From a candidate division FCPU426 bacterium (GTDB lineage Bacteria > Oederibacteriota > PGYV01 > Palsa-1178), in the NCBI GenBank assembly GCA_963840035.1, contig CAWIXE010000002.1:1312001-1376000 (forward strand): 64,000 nt of DNA. Direction: 5' to 3'. Positions within the stretch are counted from its first letter, which is position 1, and each line of letters starts with the position of its first letter. The notes below the pieces were generated by a model. The model was given only the letters and a program-made list of their open reading frames with translations, did no database searches and had not been told where the DNA came from. Shown here in pieces: positions 40,719 through 50,732 of the stretch. The translations under genes and the position numbers were made by a program.

Positions 40719-42305
40719 ATGAAAAAAGCCGCATTGTTATCAATCATTCTAATACTTTTAAGTTTTAAAGCATTTGCCGCCCCCGGCGTTTACTGGGGTG
40801 CCTTTATCGGAGACAACACATCAGCTACCGCGGCGCAGAAATTCGAAGAACTCACCGGCAAAAAACTAGCCTCTGTCATGTGGTTTATTGACTGGAACAC
40901 AGATTTCCCTCTGCCGCTTTGCACCGTCCTATATAAAAACGGCTACATACCTAACATTACCTGGGAACCATGGATTTTTACGGATAAAACCGCCATCAAC
41001 CTGGATAAAATAATATCCGGCCAGTTTGATGAATATATTTCCAATTTTGCACGTTCGGTAAAGGCCTACGGCAGCCCTCTTTTGCTCAGGGTTGGCCACG
41101 AATTCAACGGCGACTGGTATCCCTGGTGCGTTGCCAATAACGGCAAGGACCCTGAAAAGTTTAAAAAAGCGTGGATTCACATACATGATATTTTCACAAA
41201 AGAAAACGCCTTAAACGCGCAGTGGGTCTGGTGCCCGAACGCCGGGAGCGCCATAAACGCGCAGTGGAACGACCCCCTGCTTGCTTATCCCGGAGACTCA
41301 TACGTCGACTGGGTCGGCATTGACGGGTATAATTTCGGCACTTATCAGAGCTGGAGCTCATGGCAGGGTTTTGATGAAATCTTTTCGCCCATGTACGGAA
41401 AACTTTCAAAAAAGATAAAGAACAAGCCTTTTATAATCGGCGAGTTTGCGTGCGCGGATAAAGGCGGCGACAAGGCAGCCTGGATTTCCGGGCTTGAAAA
41501 TTCCCTTAAAAAATTCCCCATGGTCAGGGCTGTAACATGGTTTAACACAAACAAAGAAATGGACTGGCGCGTTGACTCCTCGCCCGAAACGCTCGCGGCT
41601 TTTAAAAAAACAATTAAATCCGGATATTTCCTCTCCTCGCCTGAAGGGCTTGCCTCGCTTGCGGAGAAAACCGCTCCTGCCTCAGGCGCAGCACCGCAGG
41701 TAAAAAACACGGCAGCGGTTTCCGACCCATACATTGCCGGGCAGGTCAAGGATATCATCATTGACGGCGAGTATAAGGAAAACATCCCCTATCCCGCGGC
41801 TCAGATTAACTCCGGTGACGCCGATTTCTCCGGAAAAATCAATGTCGGTTTCGACGCTCAGAGCGTATATATTTACGCGGACATTAACGACAAAACACCC
41901 GGGGTAAACAGCGGAAAAGGCGAGAATATAAATACCGGCGACTGCATTATATTGTGCTTAAATTCAAACCCTGCGGACAAATCAGGGCGCGCGGCATTTG
42001 GCGCCGATGACTATGTGATAGGTATCAAGGCCGGCGACACCATCGAAACCTGGAACTGGACCTCAAAAGGCCCTCTGCAAAATCCCGTCGCTTTTTTCAG
42101 AAAAAAAACAGGCGGGTATGTGATCGAGGCTATTATTCCCTGGTATAATTTTAATATCGGGTGCAGCTGCCAGCTGAAGAACAAACCGGTTTGTTTCGAT
42201 CTGGCAATCAATGACGACAGCGGGAAACAGATACGGTTTAGCGGCGGGGACGATATTACAAAGAACCCATCAGGCTGGGGCACGGCTGTTTTTTCAACAA
42301 AATAA
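40719..42305 (+). CDS. GH26 glycoside hydrolase with C-terminal CBM9/DOMON-like domain
   Basis: ITWEPW, RVGHEFNGDWY, WVWCPN, IIGEFA; IIIDG...GYVIEAIIPW...FDLAINDDS. Confidence 0.85.
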   Translation: MKKAALLSIILILLSFKAFAAPGVYWGAFIGDNTSATAAQKFEELTGKKLASVMWFIDWNTDFPLPLCTVLYKNGYIPNITWEPWIFTDKTAINLDKIISGQFDEYISNFARSVKAYGSPLLLRVGHEFNGDWYPWCVANNGKDPEKFKKAWIHIHDIFTKENALNAQWVWCPNAGSAINAQWNDPLLAYPGDSYVDWVGIDGYNFGTYQSWSSWQGFDEIFSPMYGKLSKKIKNKPFIIGEFACADKGGDKAAWISGLENSLKKFPMVRAVTWFNTNKEMDWRVDSSPETLAAFKKTIKSGYFLSSPEGLASLAEKTAPASGAAPQVKNTAAVSDPYIAGQVKDIIIDGEYKENIPYPAAQINSGDADFSGKINVGFDAQSVYIYADINDKTPGVNSGKGENINTGDCIILCLNSNPADKSGRAAFGADDYVIGIKAGDTIETWNWTSKGPLQNPVAFFRKKTGGYVIEAIIPWYNFNIGCSCQLKNKPVCFDLAINDDSGKQIRFSGGDDITKNPSGWGTAVFSTK

Positions 42306-42403
42306 GCGCATTAAAAAATAAAAACGGCATTTATAGAATTAAAAACAGAAGGTATAGCTAAAATTGATTATTTCGCTTTACTTGCGGTTTAATAGTCACA
42401 CCT

Positions 42404-44122
42404 TTAAACAAATCGTGAAATCTTTGTCAATACGTCTCCCGGTTTAATTATTTTCAGACAATTATAATGGCCATACCTGCATTCTTTTTTGAAACACGGC
42501 TGGCAATCCAGGTCCGCGTAAAATATCTCAGCCCTGGAATTAACCGGCCCGCCCCACCCGGGCGCAGTGGAACCGAATATTACAACCATGGGTATGCCAA
42601 ACGCGTCCGCGATATGCATGACTCCCGAATCATTTCCGATAAACAACCTTGCTTTTTTTGCCGCCGCGACGACCTCCTTTAAACCGGTTCCGCGCATGTC
42701 AACAAAGTTCCTGTGCCCTGTCACATCAGCCCCGAGGTCAAAACTTTTATCCTCTTCCAAACCCGTTACGCACACTTTTACATTTTTATGCTTCTTAAAT
42801 ATCCCTTTCATAAGCTCCGCGTAATTACTTATAGGCCACATTTTGGACGGCCCGAATTTGGCGAAAGGGGCTATTAAGACAAATTTGGAATTTTCAATTT
42901 TCAATTTACAATTTGGATCGGGGACAAGTTCCTGTTTTGCGTCGGAAAAATCAAGACTGTTATCCGCAAGGTACAGGAGTTTGCGGTATTCATCCGTGAC
43001 GTGTTCCCTTTTATGGGTTTTATCCGGGCTGTAAACCCTGTTTAAAAACAGGCGCCCCATATCAGAGGCGTAACCGCAGCGCGATTTTAACCCCGCGAGC
43101 CACAGGAAAGCGGACGATGAAAATGATGGCGAAAATGTGACTCCGGTGTCTATTTTCATTTCATATACTTTATGCGCCGCTTCCAGCGTTGAAATCAGCG
43201 ATTTTCTGTCATACTGGATGATCCTGTCAATATCAGGGTTGCCTTCAAGGACGGATTTGACCCCTCCGCCGGTAACCGCCACAACAACCTTTGGATAGTG
43301 CTTTTTTAATTCCTTCAGGAAGGATGTCATCATGACAGCGTCCCCTATCCAGTTCGGGGCGCGCAGGACGATCCCCGATGATTTCTTCGCCGCCTTTTTA
43401 TCAAGCCGCATCTTGGAAAATTTGACAAACTCCGAAAACCCGCTGTAAACACAGAGCACAAAACCCTGTTTCCCGTCCAAAAAACCGGCTTTTAAAAAAT
43501 ACATGCGGAAGAACTTCAAAAACGGCGCTGTCAGCATCCTCAAAAGAAGGAACGGCTTTTTCTTTTCCGCGGCCTGCATGGTGGTATACCTGTTTAATTT
43601 GTGGAAATACGAAACAGAGTCCTGGTAGGAATAGTGGTTCATTTTGCACTTAAGCCCGGCGGTTGAGCCTTTTATTTCCACGGATTCGTGGACCGGTTTT
43701 CCATTGAAACGGCCCTTCGCCCTTTTAAAAAGCCTTAGCTGAAAATCCTTATCCCAGCCGCAGTGTTTTATTTCCCTGCCCAGGAAATAATTGCCCCTTT
43801 TAATATAATACCCGTCGGCGGCGTCAGCCCGCTTTGCCGCGTTTAATATCTCTTCCTTTAACTCAGGCGTTATCTCCTCGTCAGCGTCAACGCTTAGGAC
43901 CCAGTCGTATTTTGAACGGTCAATGGCGTAATTTTTTACCTGGGAAAAACCTTCAAATTTAATTATATGGATTTTAGCCCCGAATTTTCGGGCTATTTTG
44001 AGGGTTGAATCATCCGATCCGGAATCCACGAGGACTATCTCATCGCAGAACGAAAGGCTTTTTAAGCACCTTTCAATGTTTTTTTCCTCATTGAAGGTTA
44101 CTACGTTTGCCGATATTTTCAT
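42404..44122 (-). CDS. GT2 (WaaE-like) fused to GT9 heptosyltransferase (WaaF-like)
   Basis: N: DSGSDD, SVDADE; C: RAPNWIGDAVM, GNDSGVMH. Confidence 0.85.
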   Translation of the reverse strand: MKISANVVTFNEEKNIERCLKSLSFCDEIVLVDSGSDDSTLKIARKFGAKIHIIKFEGFSQVKNYAIDRSKYDWVLSVDADEEITPELKEEILNAAKRADAADGYYIKRGNYFLGREIKHCGWDKDFQLRLFKRAKGRFNGKPVHESVEIKGSTAGLKCKMNHYSYQDSVSYFHKLNRYTTMQAAEKKKPFLLLRMLTAPFLKFFRMYFLKAGFLDGKQGFVLCVYSGFSEFVKFSKMRLDKKAAKKSSGIVLRAPNWIGDAVMMTSFLKELKKHYPKVVVAVTGGGVKSVLEGNPDIDRIIQYDRKSLISTLEAAHKVYEMKIDTGVTFSPSFSSSAFLWLAGLKSRCGYASDMGRLFLNRVYSPDKTHKREHVTDEYRKLLYLADNSLDFSDAKQELVPDPNCKLKIENSKFVLIAPFAKFGPSKMWPISNYAELMKGIFKKHKNVKVCVTGLEEDKSFDLGADVTGHRNFVDMRGTGLKEVVAAAKKARLFIGNDSGVMHIADAFGIPMVVIFGSTAPGWGGPVNSRAEIFYADLDCQPCFKKECRYGHYNCLKIIKPGDVLTKISRFV

Positions 44123-45177
44123 GCGCGCGTTTCTTGCGGTAGGTGCTGCTTTATTATTTCGGTAACTTTTGAGACCGGCACCGAATCGGCGTTTCCGTCC
44201 GTAGGGACTATGACTTCATTGCCCGGCCCGCTGGGTTTATTTACTTCAGGGTCCGTATCCCCCCAGATTGCCACAGTATTTGTAAAAGGTGCGAAAACGT
44301 GCATTAAATCATCCTCATTGCACACATAGCAGCAAAGGAACCTGGATATGGCGGCCATCTTCATGTACTCGTGCGTATCAACCATTATGGTCTTTTTCTT
44401 TGTGACCACGTCAAATTCATGGAGCCTGTCTTTTTCTTCCCTGTTCGAAAACGCCAGCACCTTGACGCCGTATTTATCCATGAGATTATTCGCAAGCTGG
44501 GCAAATTTGCTTATCGACCACCTTTTACCCTTATGCGCGACTGACGGATGGATGCCCACCAGGATATCATGGCTGCCAATCCCCTTGCGGGCAAGAAACT
44601 CTTTCGCGTTGGCTATGTCTTTTTCAGAGACAGAAAACTTGGGGGTAAAATCATATGAGTTCGCGCCGATAAACCTCACAAGGTTCAGGTATTTTATTAT
44701 CTTGTGCTGCGGCTGGTCAATGGTCCGCAGGGTAAGGTTATGGATGGCATTGTATAATACCTTTTCATTTTTATCCGCGTATGCCACCCTGGCCTTTGCC
44801 TTTGTAATAAGGGAAAGCACGACAGCCGTATACAGGTCGGAATTAAGGTTTATGATTATTTCAAACTTTGTGGAAAATACGGACATCATGGACTTGAAGG
44901 CTTCCACCGGATTGAGCGTTTTCATGACAAGCGCCCTGTCTATAAAGGAACATCCGGCAGCTATTTCCCTTAAATCGCCGGTTATTAAAGCAGTCAGTTT
45001 TCCTTCCGGGGGCAGGGCTTCTTTGAGCGCCGCGATGGCAGGCGTGGAAAGTATGAAGTCCTCCAGATTATAAGGCGCTACAACGAGTATGTTGGAAAAC
45101 TCGCGCAAATTGACCTGCTTCGCGTTCATTATTCTCTGGCGTTCTTTTGCCTTTACCGGATCAAATGGGACCGTCAT
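44119..45177 (-). CDS. GT9-family protein (degenerate motifs)
   Basis: LEDFILSTPAI, GIHPS...KRW, NEDDLMH. Confidence 0.72.
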   Translation of the reverse strand: MTVPFDPVKAKERQRIMNAKQVNLREFSNILVVAPYNLEDFILSTPAIAALKEALPPEGKLTALITGDLREIAAGCSFIDRALVMKTLNPVEAFKSMMSVFSTKFEIIINLNSDLYTAVVLSLITKAKARVAYADKNEKVLYNAIHNLTLRTIDQPQHKIIKYLNLVRFIGANSYDFTPKFSVSEKDIANAKEFLARKGIGSHDILVGIHPSVAHKGKRWSISKFAQLANNLMDKYGVKVLAFSNREEKDRLHEFDVVTKKKTIMVDTHEYMKMAAISRFLCCYVCNEDDLMHVFAPFTNTVAIWGDTDPEVNKPSGPGNEVIVPTDGNADSVPVSKVTEIIKQHLPQETRA

Positions 45178-46133
45178 TTACACCCCGCCAAGACTTTTTT
45201 TACACGCGCGTAAGCTTCCTGCGCGCTTATTGACTTTAAACACTCAAAGGTGCCTATGGGGCACTTCTTCCCGCCGTGCACGTGGCACGGCCTGCACAGA
45301 AGGCCCTTTTTTTCCAGTATATGAAAATCACTGCAGGTAATGAATCCGAAAGACCCCGATGTCGGACCTAAAAACACAACAGCCGGCACCCCTAAAAGCA
45401 CTGCCGCGTGCGCTGCCGCAGTATCATTGCCTATGAAAAGGCCGCTTTTTCCTATGGTTTTCACCATGCCTTTAAAATCGGTCTTCCCCACAAGGTCCTT
45501 AACATTATGTAATTTATGATAACCCATTTTTTCATAATTTTCAACTTCATCTTTTACGCCGGTTACGGATATACTTAAACGCTTATCCGAGGCAAGCATG
45601 GTAATAAGAGCGTCATAATGGGGCCATATCTTCATGGGCCATTTCGCGCCGAGATGGACCGCGATTGACCTTACTTTTCCGGACGGCGTTAACGGATTTC
45701 TGGCCTGCGCCTTAAGGCCGGGTATGACTTTCGCCGCCGCGAGTATATACCTGTCCGCCACGGGAATAAAACTCCCTCCGAGGAACCACTTGAACAGCAC
45801 TGACAAACGCCTTTTGACCGGGGATTTCGCGTATGAAATTTTCGCCGGCGATTTGATGAAAAGAGCCAGCAGTTTTGACCTTAAGACCGAGTGCAGATCT
45901 ATGACAGCGCCGTATCCTCCCGATGAAAGTTCCTTTGCCGCGGAAAAAAATTCCGCGGGAGTATTGAGTTTATATGACAGTACCTTTGAAGCGCCGGTCA
46001 TTTCAGCCTGCTCCCTGAACTTCTCCTTGGTAAGGAAGTGGACCGTATGCTTTAGTTTTTTTAACGCGTCAACCAGCCTGTGCGCGAGGAGTATATCACC
46101 GGCTGAAGAAAAACGTATCAATAGCACCTTCAT
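45174..46133 (-). CDS. GT9 heptosyltransferase
   Basis: IRFSSAGD, GNDTAAAH, CRPC. Confidence 0.85.
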   Translation of the reverse strand: MKVLLIRFSSAGDILLAHRLVDALKKLKHTVHFLTKEKFREQAEMTGASKVLSYKLNTPAEFFSAAKELSSGGYGAVIDLHSVLRSKLLALFIKSPAKISYAKSPVKRRLSVLFKWFLGGSFIPVADRYILAAAKVIPGLKAQARNPLTPSGKVRSIAVHLGAKWPMKIWPHYDALITMLASDKRLSISVTGVKDEVENYEKMGYHKLHNVKDLVGKTDFKGMVKTIGKSGLFIGNDTAAAHAAVLLGVPAVVFLGPTSGSFGFITCSDFHILEKKGLLCRPCHVHGGKKCPIGTFECLKSISAQEAYARVKKVLAGCK

Positions 46134-46135
46134 GG

Positions 46136-47230
46136 TCAGGTTATCCTCAGCTTTTTCTCAAGTTCCTTGACATTCTTAATTAGCATGCCGATTTTCAGCA
46201 CATAAATCCTGTTATCTATTATATGCTTCCTGCTTATTTTGACCTCGTCTTTTTCCGTGGTCACTATAAGGGCCGCCTTTGTGGAGTCATAAAGCCTCAT
46301 TATGGCGTCAATTTCCTTTTTAAAGAGCCTGTGATGGTCCTTAAACCTTAAGCCTACCAGGATGTGCGCCCCCAGGTTTTTCAGCGTGCGCTCAAACCCA
46401 AGGGGGTTTCCTATGCTCGAAAAAGAAATTATCCTTTTATCAAGCAGGTACGCCGGGTCGAGTTTTTCGCCGGTAGTCGCGTTATAAAGCATCTTTGGCT
46501 GATGTTCCGACTCAAACACTTTTACATTTTTATTGAATCCCGAGACCATTTCCTTTATCTTATCCAGTTTGTCCGCTTCCACCAGGTTGGTATTTGTCAC
46601 AAGCACGGCATCGGCATCTTTGAGCCCTGATAATGGTTCCCTTAGCATTCCCGCCGGGAACAGCCTGTTAAAGCCAAGCGGGTTGATGGCGTCTATTAAA
46701 ACTACATGCAGCCCGTTTTCTATGTCATATCTTTTCTGGAAACCGTCGTCTAAAAGGACAAAATCCGGCTTAAACGCGGATATCCCGAACTCTATGCCTT
46801 TGAGCTTGTTATCAGCCACTATTACTTTCGCCTTCGGCACGCTCCTGGCCAGCATATAAGCTTCATCGCCGGCGTTACGCTGTTTTAAAAGAAGCTGAAT
46901 ACCGTCGGAGACCACATCCACCGGATGCAGTTTTGACCTGCGGTAACCCTTGCAAACTATAAGTACATTTTTTTCCTCGCGGATAAGGCGCTTTGCCATT
47001 TCCTCTATGAAAGGGGTCTTACCGGTTCCACCGGTGGTAAGATTTCCCGCGCAGATTATTTTTGCCGCGAACTGTTTTGGTTTAATTATCTTAAGCTTAT
47101 ATACAGCCTTCCTGACGCCCAGGCCGATGTAATAAAATACCGAAATAATACATAGAAGCCAAAAAAACAAAAGTTCCGCAAGGCTTCTTTTCTTCTTTGA
47201 TATTGCCTGCCACCATAGTTTCTCGAACAT
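46136..47230 (-). CDS. lpxK: Tetraacyldisaccharide 4'-kinase
   Basis: GNLTTGGTGKTP, GDE, LDDGFQ, PAGMLRE, TTEKD. Confidence 0.93.
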   Translation of the reverse strand: MFEKLWWQAISKKKRSLAELLFFWLLCIISVFYYIGLGVRKAVYKLKIIKPKQFAAKIICAGNLTTGGTGKTPFIEEMAKRLIREEKNVLIVCKGYRRSKLHPVDVVSDGIQLLLKQRNAGDEAYMLARSVPKAKVIVADNKLKGIEFGISAFKPDFVLLDDGFQKRYDIENGLHVVLIDAINPLGFNRLFPAGMLREPLSGLKDADAVLVTNTNLVEADKLDKIKEMVSGFNKNVKVFESEHQPKMLYNATTGEKLDPAYLLDKRIISFSSIGNPLGFERTLKNLGAHILVGLRFKDHHRLFKKEIDAIMRLYDSTKAALIVTTEKDEVKISRKHIIDNRIYVLKIGMLIKNVKELEKKLRIT

Positions 47231-47275
47231 GATTGCTCCTTAAAGTATTTAAAGTTTAGTGTTTAAGGTTCAACA

Positions 47276-47348
<73 letters not shown>

Positions 47349-47350
47349 TT

Positions 47351-48637
47351 TCACTCTTTCGTTTTATCTATGAGTATTTCCTTTATAAGCATAGCTGTTG
47401 TCGATGCGGAACCCCTGTAGTTCTCTATGACATGCTTATTTTTCTCCCCGTCGTAGCTCCTCTGGCCGTCGTTTGCCAGCAATGATTTCAGCTTTTCAGA
47501 GAGTTCCCCGGGCGTTTCCACCCTGTAGGCTCCGCCGTCTTTTAAAAACTTTTCCGCCGTATCCTCAAAATTAAACATATTCCTGCCCATTATTATGGGC
47601 AGCCCCGCCACGGCCGCCTCCATGGGATTATGTCCGCCGAATTCCTTAAACCCTCCGCCTATTATGGCTATATCCCCTGTCAGGTATATGTAAGACAGAT
47701 CCCCTATGGTGTTGACTATGACGCAGTCATAATCCGGCAGCGTGGAGTAATCCTTCACGGCGTTCCACAGGCAGTATTTCATCGCTTTTTTCTTAAGTAT
47801 TGATTCTATGACCGGCACCCTGTTTAAATGCCTCGGGGCTATTATAAGGAGCGCATCCTTCCTGCCGGACATTTCAAATCCGTCGAGCACAAATTCCTCT
47901 TCGCCCTCCCTGATACTGCCCGCCACTATTATCTTTTTCCCTTTTTTGTCCTTAACCGCGAATTTCGCAGCGGCTTTACCGTTTGCCTCAAATGAATATT
48001 TCGTGTTATTTAATATGATCATCCTTGATTTTTCCACGCCGAGGCGCGAAAGCCTCTTGACCATTTTCTCGCTCTGCACTATGAGAGTGTGGAAATGGAC
48101 AAGCACCTTTTTAAAAAAGAACCTGAAACTGTAATAGAACCGGAAGCTTTTTACCGAAATCCTGCCGTTTATCATTATTACCGGCGCTCCGGTCTTCGCG
48201 GTATAGTGAAGAAAGTTCGGCCACAGTTCGGTTTCAACTATTACAAGGGCCGCTGGCTTAACCCTGTTTATCAGCGGCCTTATGAATATGCTTAAATCCA
48301 GCGGAAGCAGGAACGCGCAGGCTATGGTGTCGGCGAGCTCTTTCTGTATCTTCTTTTTCCCGTTCACGCTGGTGGTTGTAACAAGAAGTTCCGAACCCGG
48401 ATTCATGGCCTTAAACTCCATGATAACAGGGGCAAGCGCCTGAACTTCGCCGGCTGATGCCGCGTGGAACCACACCACGTTCTTTCCCTTTAGTTTTTCA
48501 GCGCATTTCCCGTCAAATATCCCGAATCTTTCAGGGAGGCTCTCCCGCCATTTTTTATTAAATATCAGAATTAACCCGATTACAGGCGAAAACATTATGA
48601 ATAATAAAGTTAATATGACATCATAAATGTATATCAA
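47351..48637 (-). CDS. waaA: Kdo transferase
   Basis: WFHAASAGE, ETELWPN, APRH, GGHNPMEA. Confidence 0.93.
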   Translation of the reverse strand: MIYIYDVILTLLFIMFSPVIGLILIFNKKWRESLPERFGIFDGKCAEKLKGKNVVWFHAASAGEVQALAPVIMEFKAMNPGSELLVTTTSVNGKKKIQKELADTIACAFLLPLDLSIFIRPLINRVKPAALVIVETELWPNFLHYTAKTGAPVIMINGRISVKSFRFYYSFRFFFKKVLVHFHTLIVQSEKMVKRLSRLGVEKSRMIILNNTKYSFEANGKAAAKFAVKDKKGKKIIVAGSIREGEEEFVLDGFEMSGRKDALLIIAPRHLNRVPVIESILKKKAMKYCLWNAVKDYSTLPDYDCVIVNTIGDLSYIYLTGDIAIIGGGFKEFGGHNPMEAAVAGLPIIMGRNMFNFEDTAEKFLKDGGAYRVETPGELSEKLKSLLANDGQRSYDGEKNKHVIENYRGSASTTAMLIKEILIDKTKE

Positions 48638-49749
48638 AGCCCCGCCTCCGACGCTACTGCTCGGGCTATCAATTTAACAACATTCTTAGACTCTCCGTGC
48701 TTTTCCCTGAGCATAGAAAAATCTTTTTTAATAGAATCCGAATACGCTTTATTATTTATTATCTTTAATATTTCAGCACTTACATTTTCCGGTTTAAGCT
48801 CATGTTGTATGAATTCTTTCACAACTTCTTTATTGAGGTAAATATTTGGCAATCCCACAAACCGCCCTTTTGCCCTCGGTCTGATAAGAATATATGATAT
48901 TGCTGCTATCCGGTATACGATTGCCATAGGAACACCCATCAGCGCCAGTTCAAGGGTTGTTGTTCCCGATTTTGCTATAGCCGCATGCAATGACGACTTC
49001 AAACCCATATTACTGCCTTCTGCAACCTCAATTTTTAACCCGCTGTATTTGTTCAGAAGCGGCTGTAAAAGTTCGCTGTCTATAGTTTCAGCTTTAAAAA
49101 GCACGAACTTTGCTTTCTTATAATTCATTCGGACAAGGGCACAAGCTTTTAAAATATCCTCAAAAAAACCGGTTATTTCATTTTTTCTGCTGCCTGGAAA
49201 TATTCCGATTAGTTTTTCAGACGAAGAAGGTTTTGCCGGCTTCATAAATGGAGCCATCGGATGTCCAAAATACTTTGCCCTCACACCTGCCTCGTTAAGT
49301 ATTTTTTCTTCAAACGGAAGAATGACTATGCATAAATCAGTATATTTCTTTAACCCCTTAATCCTGCCCTTTTTCCAGACCCATACCTGCGGTGTTGAAT
49401 AATAAACAACTTTCTTTATACCTGCTTTTTTTGCGTCTTTTATGAGCGGCATATGGAATGACGGACTATCAATCACCACAAGACAATCCGGCCGCTCATT
49501 TTTTACTGTTTCAAGAGCCATTTTATATAACTTCAGGTGCGTTACAATATTTACAAGGACTTCCCATATGCCCATTGCCGCATGACTGACAAGATCAAGC
49601 CTGACATCAATTCCCGCAGCACGCATTCTTGGTCCGCCAAAGCCCAATATTTCTACCTTCCGCCCATGTTTTTTTCGCAGCTCTTTTGCCAGTTCGGCTC
49701 CGTAAAAATCACCGCTGGCTTCTCCCGCTGATATCAGGATCTTTTTCAA
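48634..49749 (-). CDS. lpxB: Lipid-A-disaccharide synthase
   Basis: AGEASGD, PQVWVW, ILPFE, GHP, FPGSR, SGTTTLE. Confidence 0.93.
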   Translation of the reverse strand: MKKILISAGEASGDFYGAELAKELRKKHGRKVEILGFGGPRMRAAGIDVRLDLVSHAAMGIWEVLVNIVTHLKLYKMALETVKNERPDCLVVIDSPSFHMPLIKDAKKAGIKKVVYYSTPQVWVWKKGRIKGLKKYTDLCIVILPFEEKILNEAGVRAKYFGHPMAPFMKPAKPSSSEKLIGIFPGSRKNEITGFFEDILKACALVRMNYKKAKFVLFKAETIDSELLQPLLNKYSGLKIEVAEGSNMGLKSSLHAAIAKSGTTTLELALMGVPMAIVYRIAAISYILIRPRAKGRFVGLPNIYLNKEVVKEFIQHELKPENVSAEILKIINNKAYSDSIKKDFSMLREKHGESKNVVKLIARAVASEAGL

Positions 49750-50732
49750 GCTATTTTGCCTTTGATTTTATTAAATTTTTTCTGAACCTGTTTTTCTATG
49801 GCAATAACTATCTTCAAAGCCTCAAACGCCTGGTAAACCGTGACTTCCGTCTTCTTTTTTCCGTTTATGGAATCCACGAACGACCGCAGCTCGCTTCCGA
49901 GCGGCTCTTTTTTCTCCATGGGAAATGAATCCATCTCCATCATGTCGCTCCATGCCACTTTCCTGTCAGTGGCAAGCCCGTCTTTTACCTTGTACATCTT
50001 TATGGACTGCCTCATGTAGTCAATGGACATATACAGGTTGTTCTCAAAGACCCTGATTTTACGCAGACGTTTCGGTGATACCCTGCTGGCCGTAACGTTC
50101 GCGATCGCGCCATTCTCAAACTCAAGCCTTACATTGGCCATGTCTATGGATTTGGTGAGCACGGGCACGCCTATGGCGTCTATCTTTTTTACCTTCGAGT
50201 TCACTATCTGAAGGATGATGTCAATATCATGTATCATAAGGTCAAGTATCACAGAGGTATCCAAACTGCGCGAAGTAAACGGGCCGAGCCTGCTGGCTTC
50301 GATAAGTATGGGGACCTTTTTCATCTCCTGCAGTTTCTTAACGGCCATGTTAAAACGTTCTATATGTCCCACCTGAAATATCAGGTTTTTATTCTTCTTT
50401 TTCTTATAAATCTTTATAAGGTCCTCCGCTTCCTTTACCGTGGCGGTCATGGGCTTTTCAAGGAGTATGTGTTTGTCATTATCCAGGAAGAACTTCGCCA
50501 CCTTGTGGTGAAGCGTTGTCGGCACGACTATGGAGACCGCGTCAACCTTATCGAGCATCTTTTTATAATCGGTAAAGAATTCCGCGCCGTACCTGTCGGC
50601 TATTTCTTTGCCTTTTTCAGATACGTCGGATACGGCAGTAAGCTTTACGCCGTCTATGCTTGTATAATTCCTGGCATGGTGCTGCCCCAAGCTTCCCACC
50701 CCGACAACGCCAACCCTGATTATCTTATCCAT
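49746..50732 (-). CDS. Gfo/Idh/MocA oxidoreductase (GnnA-like)
   Basis: GVGSLG, LEKP, VGHIERFN, DLMIHDID; coupled to lpxB. Confidence 0.85.
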   Translation of the reverse strand: MDKIIRVGVVGVGSLGQHHARNYTSIDGVKLTAVSDVSEKGKEIADRYGAEFFTDYKKMLDKVDAVSIVVPTTLHHKVAKFFLDNDKHILLEKPMTATVKEAEDLIKIYKKKKNKNLIFQVGHIERFNMAVKKLQEMKKVPILIEASRLGPFTSRSLDTSVILDLMIHDIDIILQIVNSKVKKIDAIGVPVLTKSIDMANVRLEFENGAIANVTASRVSPKRLRKIRVFENNLYMSIDYMRQSIKMYKVKDGLATDRKVAWSDMMEMDSFPMEKKEPLGSELRSFVDSINGKKKTEVTVYQAFEALKIVIAIEKQVQKKFNKIKGKIA

